Origin: an uncultured Pseudomonadales bacterium
Lineage (GTDB): Bacteria; Patescibacteriota; Microgenomatia; UBA1400; MFAQ01
DNA: 52,050 nt
Reading direction: 5' to 3'
Assembly (NCBI GenBank): GCA_964487665.1
Contig: CAZARR010000006.1
Span: 1 to 52,050 of the forward strand
Shown: piece after piece, positions 34,702 through 45,034 of the stretch
Layout of the letters: every line of letters begins with the position of its first letter
Position numbering within the stretch: position 1 is the first letter of the stretch
Program-made: the position numbers and the translations under genes
The notes under the pieces: model-generated
Database searches by the model: none
What the model was told of the DNA's origin: nothing
The model's input: only the letters and a program-made list of their open reading frames with translations

Positions 34702-35274
34702 GTGAAGAAGCTGGCGTACGTAATTTCTAGGGTTTTTGACCCGGTTTTTCTGATTCCGCTGATGTTGACAGCGGCGGTGTATTACGCTTTGACAAATGGT
34801 CTCAGGTTTAGATTTTTGATGTTTTTGCTGTTTACGGATGCTCTGTTGCCTGCGGCCTATTTTGTTTGGGGTATTGTCACCAAGCGAATCTCAGACTGGG
34901 ACATGACCAAAAGAGAGGAACGGTACGGATTGTATATTTTCGTGGCTATTACCCACGCAGTGGGAGTGGTCTACGCGTATTTGCTGGGCAAGACCGAGAT
35001 GGCGGCGATTTTGTTTGTATTCTGGTCGTTGGCAGTGGTGTTTGCCTTAATCACGAACTATTGGAAGATATCGGTTCACGCCGGGGTGAATGGATTGATG
35101 GTGGCTTTTTTTAACCACTTTTGGGGTTGGGACAAGTACTGGTGGCTAGTGTTGCTGTTGCTTCTGGTTTTGTGGGCCAGGGTAGAAATCAAAAAGCATA
35201 CTTGGGCCCAGGTGGTTGCGGGGTCGGTTCTGGCAATTGCCTGGACTCAGGTGGGCCTGAGTTGGTTGGTGTAG
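34702..35274 (+). CDS. Polytopic membrane protein, PAP2-like
   Basis: Several TM segments, WKISVHA, ARVEIKKHTWAQV. Confidence 0.7.
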   Translation: MKKLAYVISRVFDPVFLIPLMLTAAVYYALTNGLRFRFLMFLLFTDALLPAAYFVWGIVTKRISDWDMTKREERYGLYIFVAITHAVGVVYAYLLGKTEMAAILFVFWSLAVVFALITNYWKISVHAGVNGLMVAFFNHFWGWDKYWWLVLLLLLVLWARVEIKKHTWAQVVAGSVLAIAWTQVGLSWLV

Positions 35275-35284
35275 TATTTGTCTT

Positions 35285-36772
35285 GTGCCGGGTCGAATGA
35301 AATTATTGTGGTTGCTATTCCTGGTGGCTTTTTGCTTGGTATTGTCACGTCTATTTTTTTTACAAGTGGTGATGGGAAACTACTACAGAGATTTGGCCAG
35401 TGAAAATAGAACCAGGCAAATAAAAATTCCAGTAGAAAGGGGAAAGATATTGGATCAAAGAGGCGAGATATTGGCGCAGAACAAAAACAATGGCGAGAGA
35501 GACTATCGATATTATCCAGACGGGGAAATCGTGGCAAGTGTAGTGGGGTTTTTTCAAAACGGGTTGGGAGTGACCGGTTTGGAAAAAAGTTACAATGCGA
35601 GTCTGGCAGGAACCGAGGGGAATAAACTGGTAGAGTTTGACGCTTTTGGGAAACAAACAAATGTTCTGGCAGAACAGCCGGGAAGCCAGGGGGAGGACTT
35701 GCAAACCAACCTCGATCTACGTTTGCAAAAATTTGTTTATGGGGTCTTGCGCGATGTTTTGCGTCACAGCGGGGTATCAGCAAGCAGTGTGATCGAGCGG
35801 GTGGATGGAAGGGTCGTCTCTTTGATCAGTCTTCCTTCTTTTGACCCAAACTTGTTTGTGGGCAGATTTGAAAGGGGGAGCGCAGGGGGTGATTACGCAT
35901 CGGTCGAGAGTGTTCTTGGTGATACCAACAAAAAACCATTATTCAACAGGACAATTTCTGGTGTTTTTCCGCCGGGCTCGGTTTATAAATTGATTGTAGC
36001 TACGGCTGGTCTCGAAGAAGGGAAAGTATCAAAGGATACCCTGATCGAAGATACTGGCGAGATACGTTTGGACAAATATCGTTTCGGAAATTGGTACTTT
36101 GATCAATATGGGCGAACCGAGGGGGAGATAAATTTGGTTAGGGCGCTGGCCCGCTCTAACGATATTTATTTTTATCGTCTGGGCGAAAAACTGGGTGTAG
36201 ATAACCTGGTTGGTTGGTCAAAAAAGTTTGGACTAGGCAAAAAAACGGGAATTGATTTACCCGGGGAGTCAGCTGGGCTTGTTCCCGATCCACTTTGGAG
36301 CGAGCGAAACAAGGGTGAAAAATGGTTCTTGGGAAACACGTATCACTTAAGCATCGGACAAGGTGACTTGTTGGTTACCCCTTTGCAGATAAATAGGGCT
36401 ACGGCCAGTATTGTCAGTGGTAAGCTTTGTATCCCGAGGTTGGTGGGGACTGGTAAATGTGAGGCGATCAACACCAAGGCACAAAACAGGGAATTAATTT
36501 TGGCGGGCATGAAAGCGGCCTGTACCACAGGAGGAACTGCTTTCCCTTTTTTTGACTTTGATGGGGTCGTTTACTGCAAAACAGGTACGGCGCAGCATGG
36601 GGGTGAAGACAACAAACCTCATGCGTGGATCAGTGTGGTAATACCCGACCAGAAAGGGTCCATCGGGGATGGTTATGTGATTACTGTAATGATAGAAGAT
36701 GGGGGTGAGGGAAGCGAGGTAGCTGGGGGGGTTGCGCGCAAAATTGTTGACTATTTAGCGGAGTCTTTTTGA
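35285..36772 (+). CDS. mrdA: Class B penicillin-binding protein 2 (shortened pedestal domain)
   Basis: PGSVYK (SxxK), SNDIYF (SxD), KTGTAQ, RGKILD. Confidence 0.9.
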   Translation: MPGRMKLLWLLFLVAFCLVLSRLFFLQVVMGNYYRDLASENRTRQIKIPVERGKILDQRGEILAQNKNNGERDYRYYPDGEIVASVVGFFQNGLGVTGLEKSYNASLAGTEGNKLVEFDAFGKQTNVLAEQPGSQGEDLQTNLDLRLQKFVYGVLRDVLRHSGVSASSVIERVDGRVVSLISLPSFDPNLFVGRFERGSAGGDYASVESVLGDTNKKPLFNRTISGVFPPGSVYKLIVATAGLEEGKVSKDTLIEDTGEIRLDKYRFGNWYFDQYGRTEGEINLVRALARSNDIYFYRLGEKLGVDNLVGWSKKFGLGKKTGIDLPGESAGLVPDPLWSERNKGEKWFLGNTYHLSIGQGDLLVTPLQINRATASIVSGKLCIPRLVGTGKCEAINTKAQNRELILAGMKAACTTGGTAFPFFDFDGVVYCKTGTAQHGGEDNKPHAWISVVIPDQKGSIGDGYVITVMIEDGGEGSEVAGGVARKIVDYLAESF

Positions 36773-36782
36773 AAAATAAAAA

Positions 36783-37556
36783 ATGCTAGACAGGTGGGAG
36801 ATCGTACAGATGGTTGAGCGAGGAGTGAAAAGAAAAGTGATCCTAAGTTACGTGGTAAATTCGGGTATCCAGCAGCGGATTAAAATATCTAGTACCCCGA
36901 GTAATATTTGTGATCGCTATCAAAAAGAAGGGGTTGAGGTTGTCGTCTATGGGGAAGAGGGTTATCCACAAGCGCTGATGGAAATTGATGACCCTCCGGT
37001 GGTGATTTTTTATCGAGGAAAATTACCCAAACAAGATGAAAAGTTGTTGGCGGTAGTTGGGTCTCGGGCTGCCAGCTGGCAAGGGATTAGAAATTGTCAA
37101 AAGTTTGTAAGGGGTTTGGTGAAAAAAGATGTTGTAGTCGTTTCGGGTTTGGCTGTCGGAATTGATCAAGAAGCCCACCGGACTTGCCTGGAAATGGGAG
37201 GAAAGGCGGTTGCAGTGGTGGCTACCGGGTTGGAGCGAATTTATCCTGCTAGTGCAGCGGATCTTTCGAAAAGAATTATCCAAACAGGCGGATGCATAAT
37301 GACCGAGCAACCACTGGGGGCAAAAGTCGAAAGGTGGCATTTTTTGGCTAGGAACAGAATTGTGGTGGGTCTGGCTATTGGTGTATTGGTGGTTGAGGCG
37401 AGCAGATTTTCGGGCAGCACCAGTACTCCAAATTTTGCTCTGGATCAGGGCAAAGAGGTGTGGTGTGTGAAAGATAGGCCACTGTCTAGTGGACTGGAAG
37501 AGCTAATTGAGGACGGGGCAATTGCGGTTGAAGGTCCAGAGCAGATGATATATTAG
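36783..37556 (+). CDS. dprA: DNA-processing protein DprA
   Basis: AVVGSR, VSGLAVGIDQEAH, FLARNRIV, VVEA...SGS. Confidence 0.95.
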   Translation: MLDRWEIVQMVERGVKRKVILSYVVNSGIQQRIKISSTPSNICDRYQKEGVEVVVYGEEGYPQALMEIDDPPVVIFYRGKLPKQDEKLLAVVGSRAASWQGIRNCQKFVRGLVKKDVVVVSGLAVGIDQEAHRTCLEMGGKAVAVVATGLERIYPASAADLSKRIIQTGGCIMTEQPLGAKVERWHFLARNRIVVGLAIGVLVVEASRFSGSTSTPNFALDQGKEVWCVKDRPLSSGLEELIEDGAIAVEGPEQMIY

Positions 37557-37563
37557 ATCTTTA

Positions 37564-39561
37564 ATGAAACTGCTAATAGTCGAGTCACCAACGAAAACAA
37601 AAAGTATTTCAAAATACTTGGGTAACGGTTACGAGGTTCTGGCTACCATGGGGCATATGCGTGATTTACCCAAAAGCAAGATGGGGATCACCATTGAGGA
37701 AGAAAAGTTTGTGCCCGATTACCAAATTGTTCAGGGTCGGGACAAACAAGTAAAAAAAATTATTGCGGCGGCAAAAAAAGCGGAGCAGGTGGTGCTGTCA
37801 ACCGATCCTGACCGCGAAGGAGAGGCAATTGCTTGGCACGTGTCTGAGGTGTTGATAGACAAGGATAAAAAAATAGAAGACAAGTTGGTAAGGGTGGTGT
37901 TTCACTCAATTACCAAGGAGGCTATTCAGGACGCAATAAAAAATCCACGTAAGATCGATATGAACTTGGTTGACGCACAGCAAGCGCGGCGGATTTTAGA
38001 TCGATTGGTGGGTTACAAGTTATCGCCTTTATTGTGGCAGAAAGTACGTCGAGGCTTGTCGGCTGGTCGGGTGCAAAGCGTGGCCGTAAGATTGGTTGTT
38101 GATCGGGAGCGTGAGATCGAGGCGTTTAAGAGTGAAGAGTATTGGGAGGTTAGTGTTGAGGTTGTTTGTAAGAATGGTCAATTTTGGGTCGAATTGGTCA
38201 AAGTTGGGGGTAAAAAGGCAACGGTTGTAAGTGCAGAGCAGGCTAGGGAAATTGAAATTGATTTAAAACAAGCATCTTTGTGTGTTGATGAGGTATTGCG
38301 AAAAGAAAGAAAAAGCGATCCCTATCCACCATTCAAGACTTCAACTCTTCAGCAGGCAGCGGCAAACGTTTTGGGTTGGTCAAGCAAAAAGTCGATGAGT
38401 GTGGCTCAAAAGCTATATGAGCTTGGACATATTACCTATCATCGAACCGACTCGTTGAATTTAGCGGGCAGTGCGCTGGAGGGAATTAGGGAATTTATAA
38501 ATAAAGAATGGGGGGCAGAGTATCTTCCAATAAAAGCAAGGTTTTACAAAACTTCGGGCAAGGTCGTGGCTCAGGAAGCCCATGAGGCGATTCGGCCAAC
38601 AAATTTTACAGTCGGCCCTAATAGCTTTGTTGGTGAAGGTCTGATGGGAAAGGATCTGGAAAAACTTTATGGTCTGGTCTGGCGGAGAACGATTGCTTGC
38701 CAGATGGCTCAGGCGGTATTTGATGTTACCAAGGTGACGGTGGTAGCGGATAAATATCAACTGCAGGTGATTGGCGAAACTGTCAAGTTCGATGGCTGGC
38801 GCAAACTTTACAAAAAGAATGACGAACAGGTGTTGCTACCCGAGGTAGAAAAAGGCGAGGTTTTGACGCAGAAACAGATCAAGACAGTTCAGAAGTTTAC
38901 CCAACCGCCACCACGTTACAATGATGCCTCGCTGGTGAAAGAGATGGAAAAACGGGGAATCGGTAGGCCCAGCACATATGCACCAACCATCAGCACAATT
39001 ATCGACAGACGGTATGTTGAGCGAAAAGATCGAAAGTTTTTTCCGACAGCGATAGGGATTGCTGTCAACGATTATCTGACCAAAAACTTTATTGAAGAGA
39101 TGGAATATTCGTTTACGGCGGACATGGAAGGGCGCCTGGATGATATTGCCAAAGGGAAACTGGGATGGATGAAGATGCTGGCAAAGTTTTATCAACCGTT
39201 CGAAAAAAAGGTAAAGTTGGCAGGAAAGAATTCAGAACGGGTTGGGGTAGAGACAGAAAAAACAGGCAGACCCTGTCCTGATTGTGGTAGTGAACACAAA
39301 GGCGAAATTGTTATTCGTGAAGGTAGATTTGGTAAGTTTTATAGTTGTAGCAGGTTCCCGGAATGCAAGTATACAGCGCGATTAATTTTGTATGTCGAAG
39401 GGGCCAAATGTGAGAAGTGTAAAAGTAAGGTTGTAATAAAGAGAACAAAGACTGGTAGGGAATTTTACGGTTGCGAAAAGTATCCCAAATGTGATTGGGC
39501 GAGTTGGAAGATGCCTAAACGAGCTGGGGTGGATGAGGAGTCTGGGGATCGTGAGGCTTAA
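37564..39561 (+). CDS. topA: DNA topoisomerase I
   Basis: IVESP, TDPDREGE, ITYHRTDS, GIGRPSTYA, C-terminal Zn ribbons. Confidence 0.98.
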   Translation: MKLLIVESPTKTKSISKYLGNGYEVLATMGHMRDLPKSKMGITIEEEKFVPDYQIVQGRDKQVKKIIAAAKKAEQVVLSTDPDREGEAIAWHVSEVLIDKDKKIEDKLVRVVFHSITKEAIQDAIKNPRKIDMNLVDAQQARRILDRLVGYKLSPLLWQKVRRGLSAGRVQSVAVRLVVDREREIEAFKSEEYWEVSVEVVCKNGQFWVELVKVGGKKATVVSAEQAREIEIDLKQASLCVDEVLRKERKSDPYPPFKTSTLQQAAANVLGWSSKKSMSVAQKLYELGHITYHRTDSLNLAGSALEGIREFINKEWGAEYLPIKARFYKTSGKVVAQEAHEAIRPTNFTVGPNSFVGEGLMGKDLEKLYGLVWRRTIACQMAQAVFDVTKVTVVADKYQLQVIGETVKFDGWRKLYKKNDEQVLLPEVEKGEVLTQKQIKTVQKFTQPPPRYNDASLVKEMEKRGIGRPSTYAPTISTIIDRRYVERKDRKFFPTAIGIAVNDYLTKNFIEEMEYSFTADMEGRLDDIAKGKLGWMKMLAKFYQPFEKKVKLAGKNSERVGVETEKTGRPCPDCGSEHKGEIVIREGRFGKFYSCSRFPECKYTARLILYVEGAKCEKCKSKVVIKRTKTGREFYGCEKYPKCDWASWKMPKRAGVDEESGDREA

Positions 39562-39964
39562 ATTCAGCAATAGTTTGTGGTAAGTAGGCACGCAAACGGC
39601 TTTGCACTCTGTTAAAAAGATTGTCCATTCGAGACACAGATGGGGGTAGGTTTTGAGGGCGTTGTTCTAAAATTATTTTGCTACTCAGGCCAAAAATGTG
39701 GTGGAATAAAAAAGCAATTAGAATTTCAGGTTTTAAATCAACTCCCCAGGCATGAGGTCCAGATTGTTCGAGGTGTCGTAATAATAATCTACGAACAATT
39801 TCTTTGGCGTGAGGGGACAAGTCAGATTGACGAGTCATCCCCGACAAAAATGTCTGCCACACTTTGGCATCGATTGTGTTGATCATAAGCTCAACTGTTT
39901 TTTCGGGCCCCAAATTTTGGGAAATTAGTGCAAGCCCAGCATCAGCGAGTTCTTTGTTGGCCAT
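39515..39964 (-). CDS. Hypothetical protein
   Basis: 149-aa ORF; TATAAT 7 nt before the ATG; 3' end overlaps topA. Confidence 0.55.
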   Translation of the reverse strand: MANKELADAGLALISQNLGPEKTVELMINTIDAKVWQTFLSGMTRQSDLSPHAKEIVRRLLLRHLEQSGPHAWGVDLKPEILIAFLFHHIFGLSSKIILEQRPQNLPPSVSRMDNLFNRVQSRLRAYLPQTIAEFKPHDPQTPHPPQLV

Positions 39965-40018
39965 CGAGCGAATTATACTGGTTGACTGACAGTTCTGAAG
40001 GGGTTATTCTCACCTGAA

Positions 40019-41653
40019 ATGATTCCTATCGAGGCAAGAGATCGTGTGGTTTTTAGGAATGGGGATGCACAGTATGTGATGCCTGGGTTTGAAGGTCTTG
40101 TCGCCGGCATTCTGTCGCGTGAAAAGATGGGGACATTAGGGGCAATTTTGACTAACCCCGGTGGAAGTATTTCAGCTATTAGACCAGGGGTGCCCGAAGA
40201 ATTGGCGGCGGCAATAATTGCCAGAGTTAGTCGGTCTCCGTGGGATGATCTGACTGAACTGATTTGGAGAGAGTTTGTTCCATCTCTGGGTGACTTTGGT
40301 GTCAGCCACAGTCTTGGCAGTGCGGATTTATCTAGGGTTAGGAGAATGATTGCGAGGGTGGTTGATGGGTATGGTGACGATTCGGTGAGGGAAGCTTCGA
40401 CAAGTAGAGTGTTGCTCTCGGGCCAACTGCTGCCGTTGCTTTCGGGAGTTTTTGGTCCGCTGGTTGGTGGAATCGAAAGATCAACTCGATATGTAAAGTG
40501 GGACGAGCGAATTAATGGTAAGTATCGATACAGTCAGCCAAATGAAATTATGCAGTCTCGGTTTGCTGAAGGATATGTGGCAACAATGGATAGTTTATTT
40601 GAAACGTATTCACAACTTTGGCCATCTGTTTGGAAGTATGTTGAGGAAAATCATCCCAATATTAGTGGTTTGTCTGAGGTTGGTTACCGTCAAGCTATTC
40701 ACGCAAAAGTTTGTGATATTTTGCGTAAATTGTTGCCTTTGGGAATTACCACGTCATATGGTTTGGTGGCCTCGGCCAGGACGTTTTCGGAGGTAGTTTT
40801 AAATCTGCGAGCGAGTCCAATTGGTGAGGTGCGTAGAATGGCCGATGAAATGGCTAGGGAACTGTTGATAGTTAACCCATCGTTTTATCAGATATTAGAA
40901 TCAGAAAGTGAAAACGGTCGAGGTTGGACAGCTCATCAAATTCATTTACGGTCCCTAGTAAAAAAGACTCCTCAGCAAAGTCAGGGTGGGTGGGGGTTTG
41001 ACAGTAGTGTTCAATTGGAGGTGCTTAACGCTGATTATCGGCAGGATTTGCAGAGAGCGTTGGGCGTAGATTACGGAATTGAGGATGGTGATGTTGTCGA
41101 GTTTCTGGCTGCAGTAGGCAGGGGGAGGACAAATCGTAGACATAAATTACCGGAGGGGTTAAGTAACGTTATCGCAAGGGTGTCTTTGCATGACGTGTCG
41201 TTTAGCGTACTTAAGGACTTTCTAAGACATAGAAATAGGGTGTGGTTGGGAGAACCAAGCTGGGAGGGGATGGGGTATTATGTGCCTCATGAAATTAAAG
41301 AGATGGGTGGAGAAGTTTTGTTGGCGTATACCCAGGCACAACAAATGGCAATTGACACTTACCTTGAAATGGTTCCCGAATTAGGGGCGGAAGCAAGAAG
41401 AATGTTGACTCACGGTAGCCTGACAGACGTGAATTGGACCTTGACCTTGGGGAACTTGTATTGGATATGCGAACTAAGGTCTCAGGCGGGTGGTGATATC
41501 GAGTACGTTCGGTTGGCGCAACAAATGTGGCGAGAGGCAGTGCGGGAAATACCAGAAATAGAACATCTCGGGAGTTTTGTTAACTTAGGGGAGGTGGGTT
41601 TGGGGAGAACAGGGGAAATAAAAAGAAGAGAAGCGAGAGCACAAAAAAACTAA
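40019..41653 (+). CDS. thyX: Two-domain FAD-dependent thymidylate synthase (ThyX-like)
   Basis: ERSTRYV and DILRKLLP in the N-domain; DFLRHR and CELRSQAGG in the C-domain. Confidence 0.75.
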   Translation: MIPIEARDRVVFRNGDAQYVMPGFEGLVAGILSREKMGTLGAILTNPGGSISAIRPGVPEELAAAIIARVSRSPWDDLTELIWREFVPSLGDFGVSHSLGSADLSRVRRMIARVVDGYGDDSVREASTSRVLLSGQLLPLLSGVFGPLVGGIERSTRYVKWDERINGKYRYSQPNEIMQSRFAEGYVATMDSLFETYSQLWPSVWKYVEENHPNISGLSEVGYRQAIHAKVCDILRKLLPLGITTSYGLVASARTFSEVVLNLRASPIGEVRRMADEMARELLIVNPSFYQILESESENGRGWTAHQIHLRSLVKKTPQQSQGGWGFDSSVQLEVLNADYRQDLQRALGVDYGIEDGDVVEFLAAVGRGRTNRRHKLPEGLSNVIARVSLHDVSFSVLKDFLRHRNRVWLGEPSWEGMGYYVPHEIKEMGGEVLLAYTQAQQMAIDTYLEMVPELGAEARRMLTHGSLTDVNWTLTLGNLYWICELRSQAGGDIEYVRLAQQMWREAVREIPEIEHLGSFVNLGEVGLGRTGEIKRREARAQKN

Positions 41654-41691
41654 GTGATTGACCTTGGCAATTTTTCTGGTATGTTCGTGGG

Positions 41692-42936
41692 GTGGCAATA
41701 CGAGAGGGTGAAAGAGCTAGATATATAAGGGAGTTTCAAAACGCGAGAATATTTAAGGATCCGTGGTTTTGCCAGCCAATTGCACCCCTTGATAATCTTC
41801 CTGAAGATCTAAGACCAATATTTCCAAATGTTAAACGTGTAATACTTGAGGGTCCCAACGGAATTGGAAAATCGTCTATTAGCGGAGGTGTCTTGCGACT
41901 ATATCATGCTTTGGGAATTGCACTCGGGGGTTTGAATTCTGGTGAGAAGGCACCTTGCCTGGTGGGGTACGCTGAACCACCTCCAATACCATTAATCCCT
42001 GGACTACCGGGAACAACATATCGTGGAATGGCCAAATCGGGGTTTGACCCCGAAGGGATCACCAATGGGAGAAACGCACAGGTGGCGGAGGGAGACCCCG
42101 CAGTCCAATTCTATTATTTTATGCAAGGTAGAAGGTTGATGCAAGAGGAATGGTTGCAACAACTGGTTGGGCCAGGCGATCCGTATGCTAGAAACAATCG
42201 GTTATTTAATTATGCAAGTTGGTATACAAGGGCTCTATCCAAATGGCCATTAGACGCTTATCAATGGCAAAATGGACTTTCTGGCGTAGAAAAAGCAATT
42301 GCAGTGTCGGACCGTGAAATCATATCTACCATCTATTACCAGGGGAGAGGTGTTCGCTGGGGAGGGCGCCTGATAGACGAGACACAACGGATTTATTCAA
42401 CGGGTTATTTGTTACCAAGTGACCTAGCTTTGATGATTGTGCCACACAAACCGGATGATTTTAGAGTCAATCCAGAGCGCGACCCTGGGGATCTTTATTC
42501 CCGTCACGATTACAAGATGCGCGAGGCAGTGGGGGGTTATATCTGGGCTGCAAGGAAGGCGATAGAGATGGGTGCCGTGCGTGATGTGATTTATCTGGAG
42601 AATGATCCATCGGGGCATCGTCACGATGTCTCTGAATCGAGTTTTGCGGCAGCATGGTTGATCTACGTGCTAGAGCGTATAGGCAAAATAGAACGAGACA
42701 CAGTTTATTCATTACCGTGCAATCTGTATGTGTTGATTAATCTACTACATCGGTCTATTTACGGTATTCCTTATTCAAGGAATTTGGGTAGATTTTTTGC
42801 TAGGGTTGCTGAGTGGGATATAAATTCTGCATGTTGGTCAAAAACATTACAATTTGGTCAATTAGAATTTCTTGGTATGAAAGATACGAATCTGTCCTTT
42901 CGAGTTAACAGTAGCATGGATTTTTTGGAAAATTAG
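41692..42936 (+). CDS. Thymidylate/dNMP kinase-like P-loop protein with large insertions
   Basis: VILEGPNGIGKS Walker A, VSDREIISTIYYQG; follows thyX. Confidence 0.6.
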   Translation: MAIREGERARYIREFQNARIFKDPWFCQPIAPLDNLPEDLRPIFPNVKRVILEGPNGIGKSSISGGVLRLYHALGIALGGLNSGEKAPCLVGYAEPPPIPLIPGLPGTTYRGMAKSGFDPEGITNGRNAQVAEGDPAVQFYYFMQGRRLMQEEWLQQLVGPGDPYARNNRLFNYASWYTRALSKWPLDAYQWQNGLSGVEKAIAVSDREIISTIYYQGRGVRWGGRLIDETQRIYSTGYLLPSDLALMIVPHKPDDFRVNPERDPGDLYSRHDYKMREAVGGYIWAARKAIEMGAVRDVIYLENDPSGHRHDVSESSFAAAWLIYVLERIGKIERDTVYSLPCNLYVLINLLHRSIYGIPYSRNLGRFFARVAEWDINSACWSKTLQFGQLEFLGMKDTNLSFRVNSSMDFLEN

Positions 42937-42956
42937 TGGGGGTGTAGAATCGTTTT

Positions 42957-44264
42957 GTGAGGGATGTAATACTGGATCTTATCAAAAAGGAAGAAAAGCG
43001 GCAGGATCAGACGTTGATGATGATTCCGTCGGAAAATTATACTTATCCCGAGGTGCGAGAAGCTGTGGGTAGTGTTTTGATGCACAAATATGCTGAGGGG
43101 ACGCCGGGAAAACGATATTATCAGGGCAATGGTGTGGTCGACGAGGTAGAGCGATTGTGTCAACAGAGGGCGGTTGAGGCGTTTGAATTGGGTGATGAGT
43201 GGGGGGTGAATGTTCAGCCACATTCAGGAGCGGAAGCAAATCTAATAGCGATAAGTGCCTTGCTAAATCCAGGGGAAAAGATTATGTCAATGTATTTACC
43301 CGACGGTGGACATCTGTCGCACGGATGGCAGAGTGGAGGGAAAAAGTTTCATTTGGTATCTCGTTTTTTTGAGGTCGATTTCTATCGAGTAGACGAGAAG
43401 ACCAGATTATTTGATTACGAACAAGTTGACAAGCAGGCAAAAATATTTAAACCAAAGCTGATTATTTCGGGAGGGACTGCCTACCCTAGGGAAATAGATT
43501 ACCAAAAAATGGCGGGAATTGCTCGTAGTGTGGGGGCGTTTTATTTGGCTGATGTCGCTCACGAGGCGGGATTAATTGCTGGCGGGGTGTGTAGATCGCC
43601 ATTCCCGTATGCAGACGTGGTGACATTGACCACACACAAGACGTTACGGGGGCCACGAGGGGCACTGATATTTGGAAAAAAGGGATTGATGGACAAAATT
43701 GACTTTGCTGTCACTCCTGGTTTTCAGGGTGGGCCTCATTTGAATACTATTGCTGGTATTGCTATTGCTCTAGAAAAAACAAAGTTGTCTGAATTTAAAC
43801 AGTATGCGGCCACAACGGTTGAAAATGCGCAAGAACTGGCCAAGGAGTTGATGGCGAATGGTTTTGATGTAGTCTCGGGGGGCACAGACAAGCATCTGGT
43901 GCTAGTAGATTTGCGCAGCAAAAAAGTGTCAGGGTGGGCTATGGCTTGGGCGGCCGAAAGTGGGAATATTGTAATAAATAGAAATACAGTGCCGAACGAA
44001 ACTGCTTCGGCATACTTTCCTTCGGGGATCAGATTGGGGACACCAGCGTTGACAGTTCGGGGTATGGGCAAAATAGAACTGAAAAAGATCGCTCGTTGGT
44101 TGATAGAGATTGTCAATTTACTATCCAAAGATAAATACAGTTTGGAGGTTACCGATCCGGCAGCGCGGAAGGACTTTCGTGACCGAATCGCGGATGATAA
44201 AGTGATTACTGATATTCGCGAAAAAGTCGTTGACCTATGCAAACAGTTTCCAATTCCCAAGTAA
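42957..44264 (+). CDS. glyA: Serine hydroxymethyltransferase
   Basis: IPSENY, YAEGTPGKRYY, GGHLSHG, THKTLRGPRG. Confidence 0.98.
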   Translation: MRDVILDLIKKEEKRQDQTLMMIPSENYTYPEVREAVGSVLMHKYAEGTPGKRYYQGNGVVDEVERLCQQRAVEAFELGDEWGVNVQPHSGAEANLIAISALLNPGEKIMSMYLPDGGHLSHGWQSGGKKFHLVSRFFEVDFYRVDEKTRLFDYEQVDKQAKIFKPKLIISGGTAYPREIDYQKMAGIARSVGAFYLADVAHEAGLIAGGVCRSPFPYADVVTLTTHKTLRGPRGALIFGKKGLMDKIDFAVTPGFQGGPHLNTIAGIAIALEKTKLSEFKQYAATTVENAQELAKELMANGFDVVSGGTDKHLVLVDLRSKKVSGWAMAWAAESGNIVINRNTVPNETASAYFPSGIRLGTPALTVRGMGKIELKKIARWLIEIVNLLSKDKYSLEVTDPAARKDFRDRIADDKVITDIREKVVDLCKQFPIPK

Positions 44265-45019
44265 CAATATTTGACGGGCGCTCTTTTGCACAAGGTATCG
44301 AGGCAGAGCTGGCCTTGGGAGGCAGACTAAAGGGCAAACAACTGGTGATTATCCAGGCTGACGGTAGCGAGGAGGAAAGTACTTATGTGAGACTAAAACG
44401 GGAGATGGGAGAAAGGTTGGGGGTAAGGGTGGTAGTAAAAATTGTCAAAGGAGGTGGCGAGGTTAAGCGTGAGATAGTTGAGGGGAACAAGGACTCGAAA
44501 GTGTCGGGCGTGTTGGTGCAGTTGCCTATCGATGGTTTGGACAAGACTGAAACTCAAAAAATTGTTGACGAGATCGAACCGGAAAAAGATGTCGATGGTT
44601 TAGGTAGAAATGCAAAGTATTTACCGGCGGCAGTGGTGGCGATAGAAAAAATTTTGGATTTTGCCAAAGACCGTGGGACGTTTGTTAATGATATATTTTG
44701 CACCATAGGGGTGGTGGGTAGTCGAGGTGCTGTGGGTCGCCAGCTGGTAGAGCGTCTGCGAGATATCGGCTATGTAGTGGCTGGATTTGACCAGGGAGAT
44801 GATTTAGGCAAGCTAAAGATGTGCGACGTGGTAATTTCTGTCACTGGTGTAGCGGAGTTAATCAAACCAGAGATGGTAATGGAGGGCGTGGTGGCAATCG
44901 ATGTGGGGTATCCAAAAGGAGATTTTGAGCAAGGGGTAATGAGAAAGGCAAAGTTTTTTTCTCCGGTTCCGGGTGGCGTCGGGCCGGTGACAGTGGCTTG
45001 CCTGTTTACCAAAATGTGA
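44237..45019 (+). CDS. folD: Methylene-THF dehydrogenase/cyclohydrolase
   Basis: VLVQLP, KDVDG, SPVPGGVGPVTV. Confidence 0.93.
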   Translation: MQTVSNSQVTIFDGRSFAQGIEAELALGGRLKGKQLVIIQADGSEEESTYVRLKREMGERLGVRVVVKIVKGGGEVKREIVEGNKDSKVSGVLVQLPIDGLDKTETQKIVDEIEPEKDVDGLGRNAKYLPAAVVAIEKILDFAKDRGTFVNDIFCTIGVVGSRGAVGRQLVERLRDIGYVVAGFDQGDDLGKLKMCDVVISVTGVAELIKPEMVMEGVVAIDVGYPKGDFEQGVMRKAKFFSPVPGGVGPVTVACLFTKM

Positions 45020-45034
45020 TAGTATTGATTGGTT

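Noticed and set aside
32398-43650. ACG codon reassignment suggested by the odd CGU tRNA-like RNA
   Set aside because: ACG encodes invariant Thr in MreB (DLGTANT, both T) and GlyA (THKTLRG), and a conserved Thr in uS2 (GGTITN)
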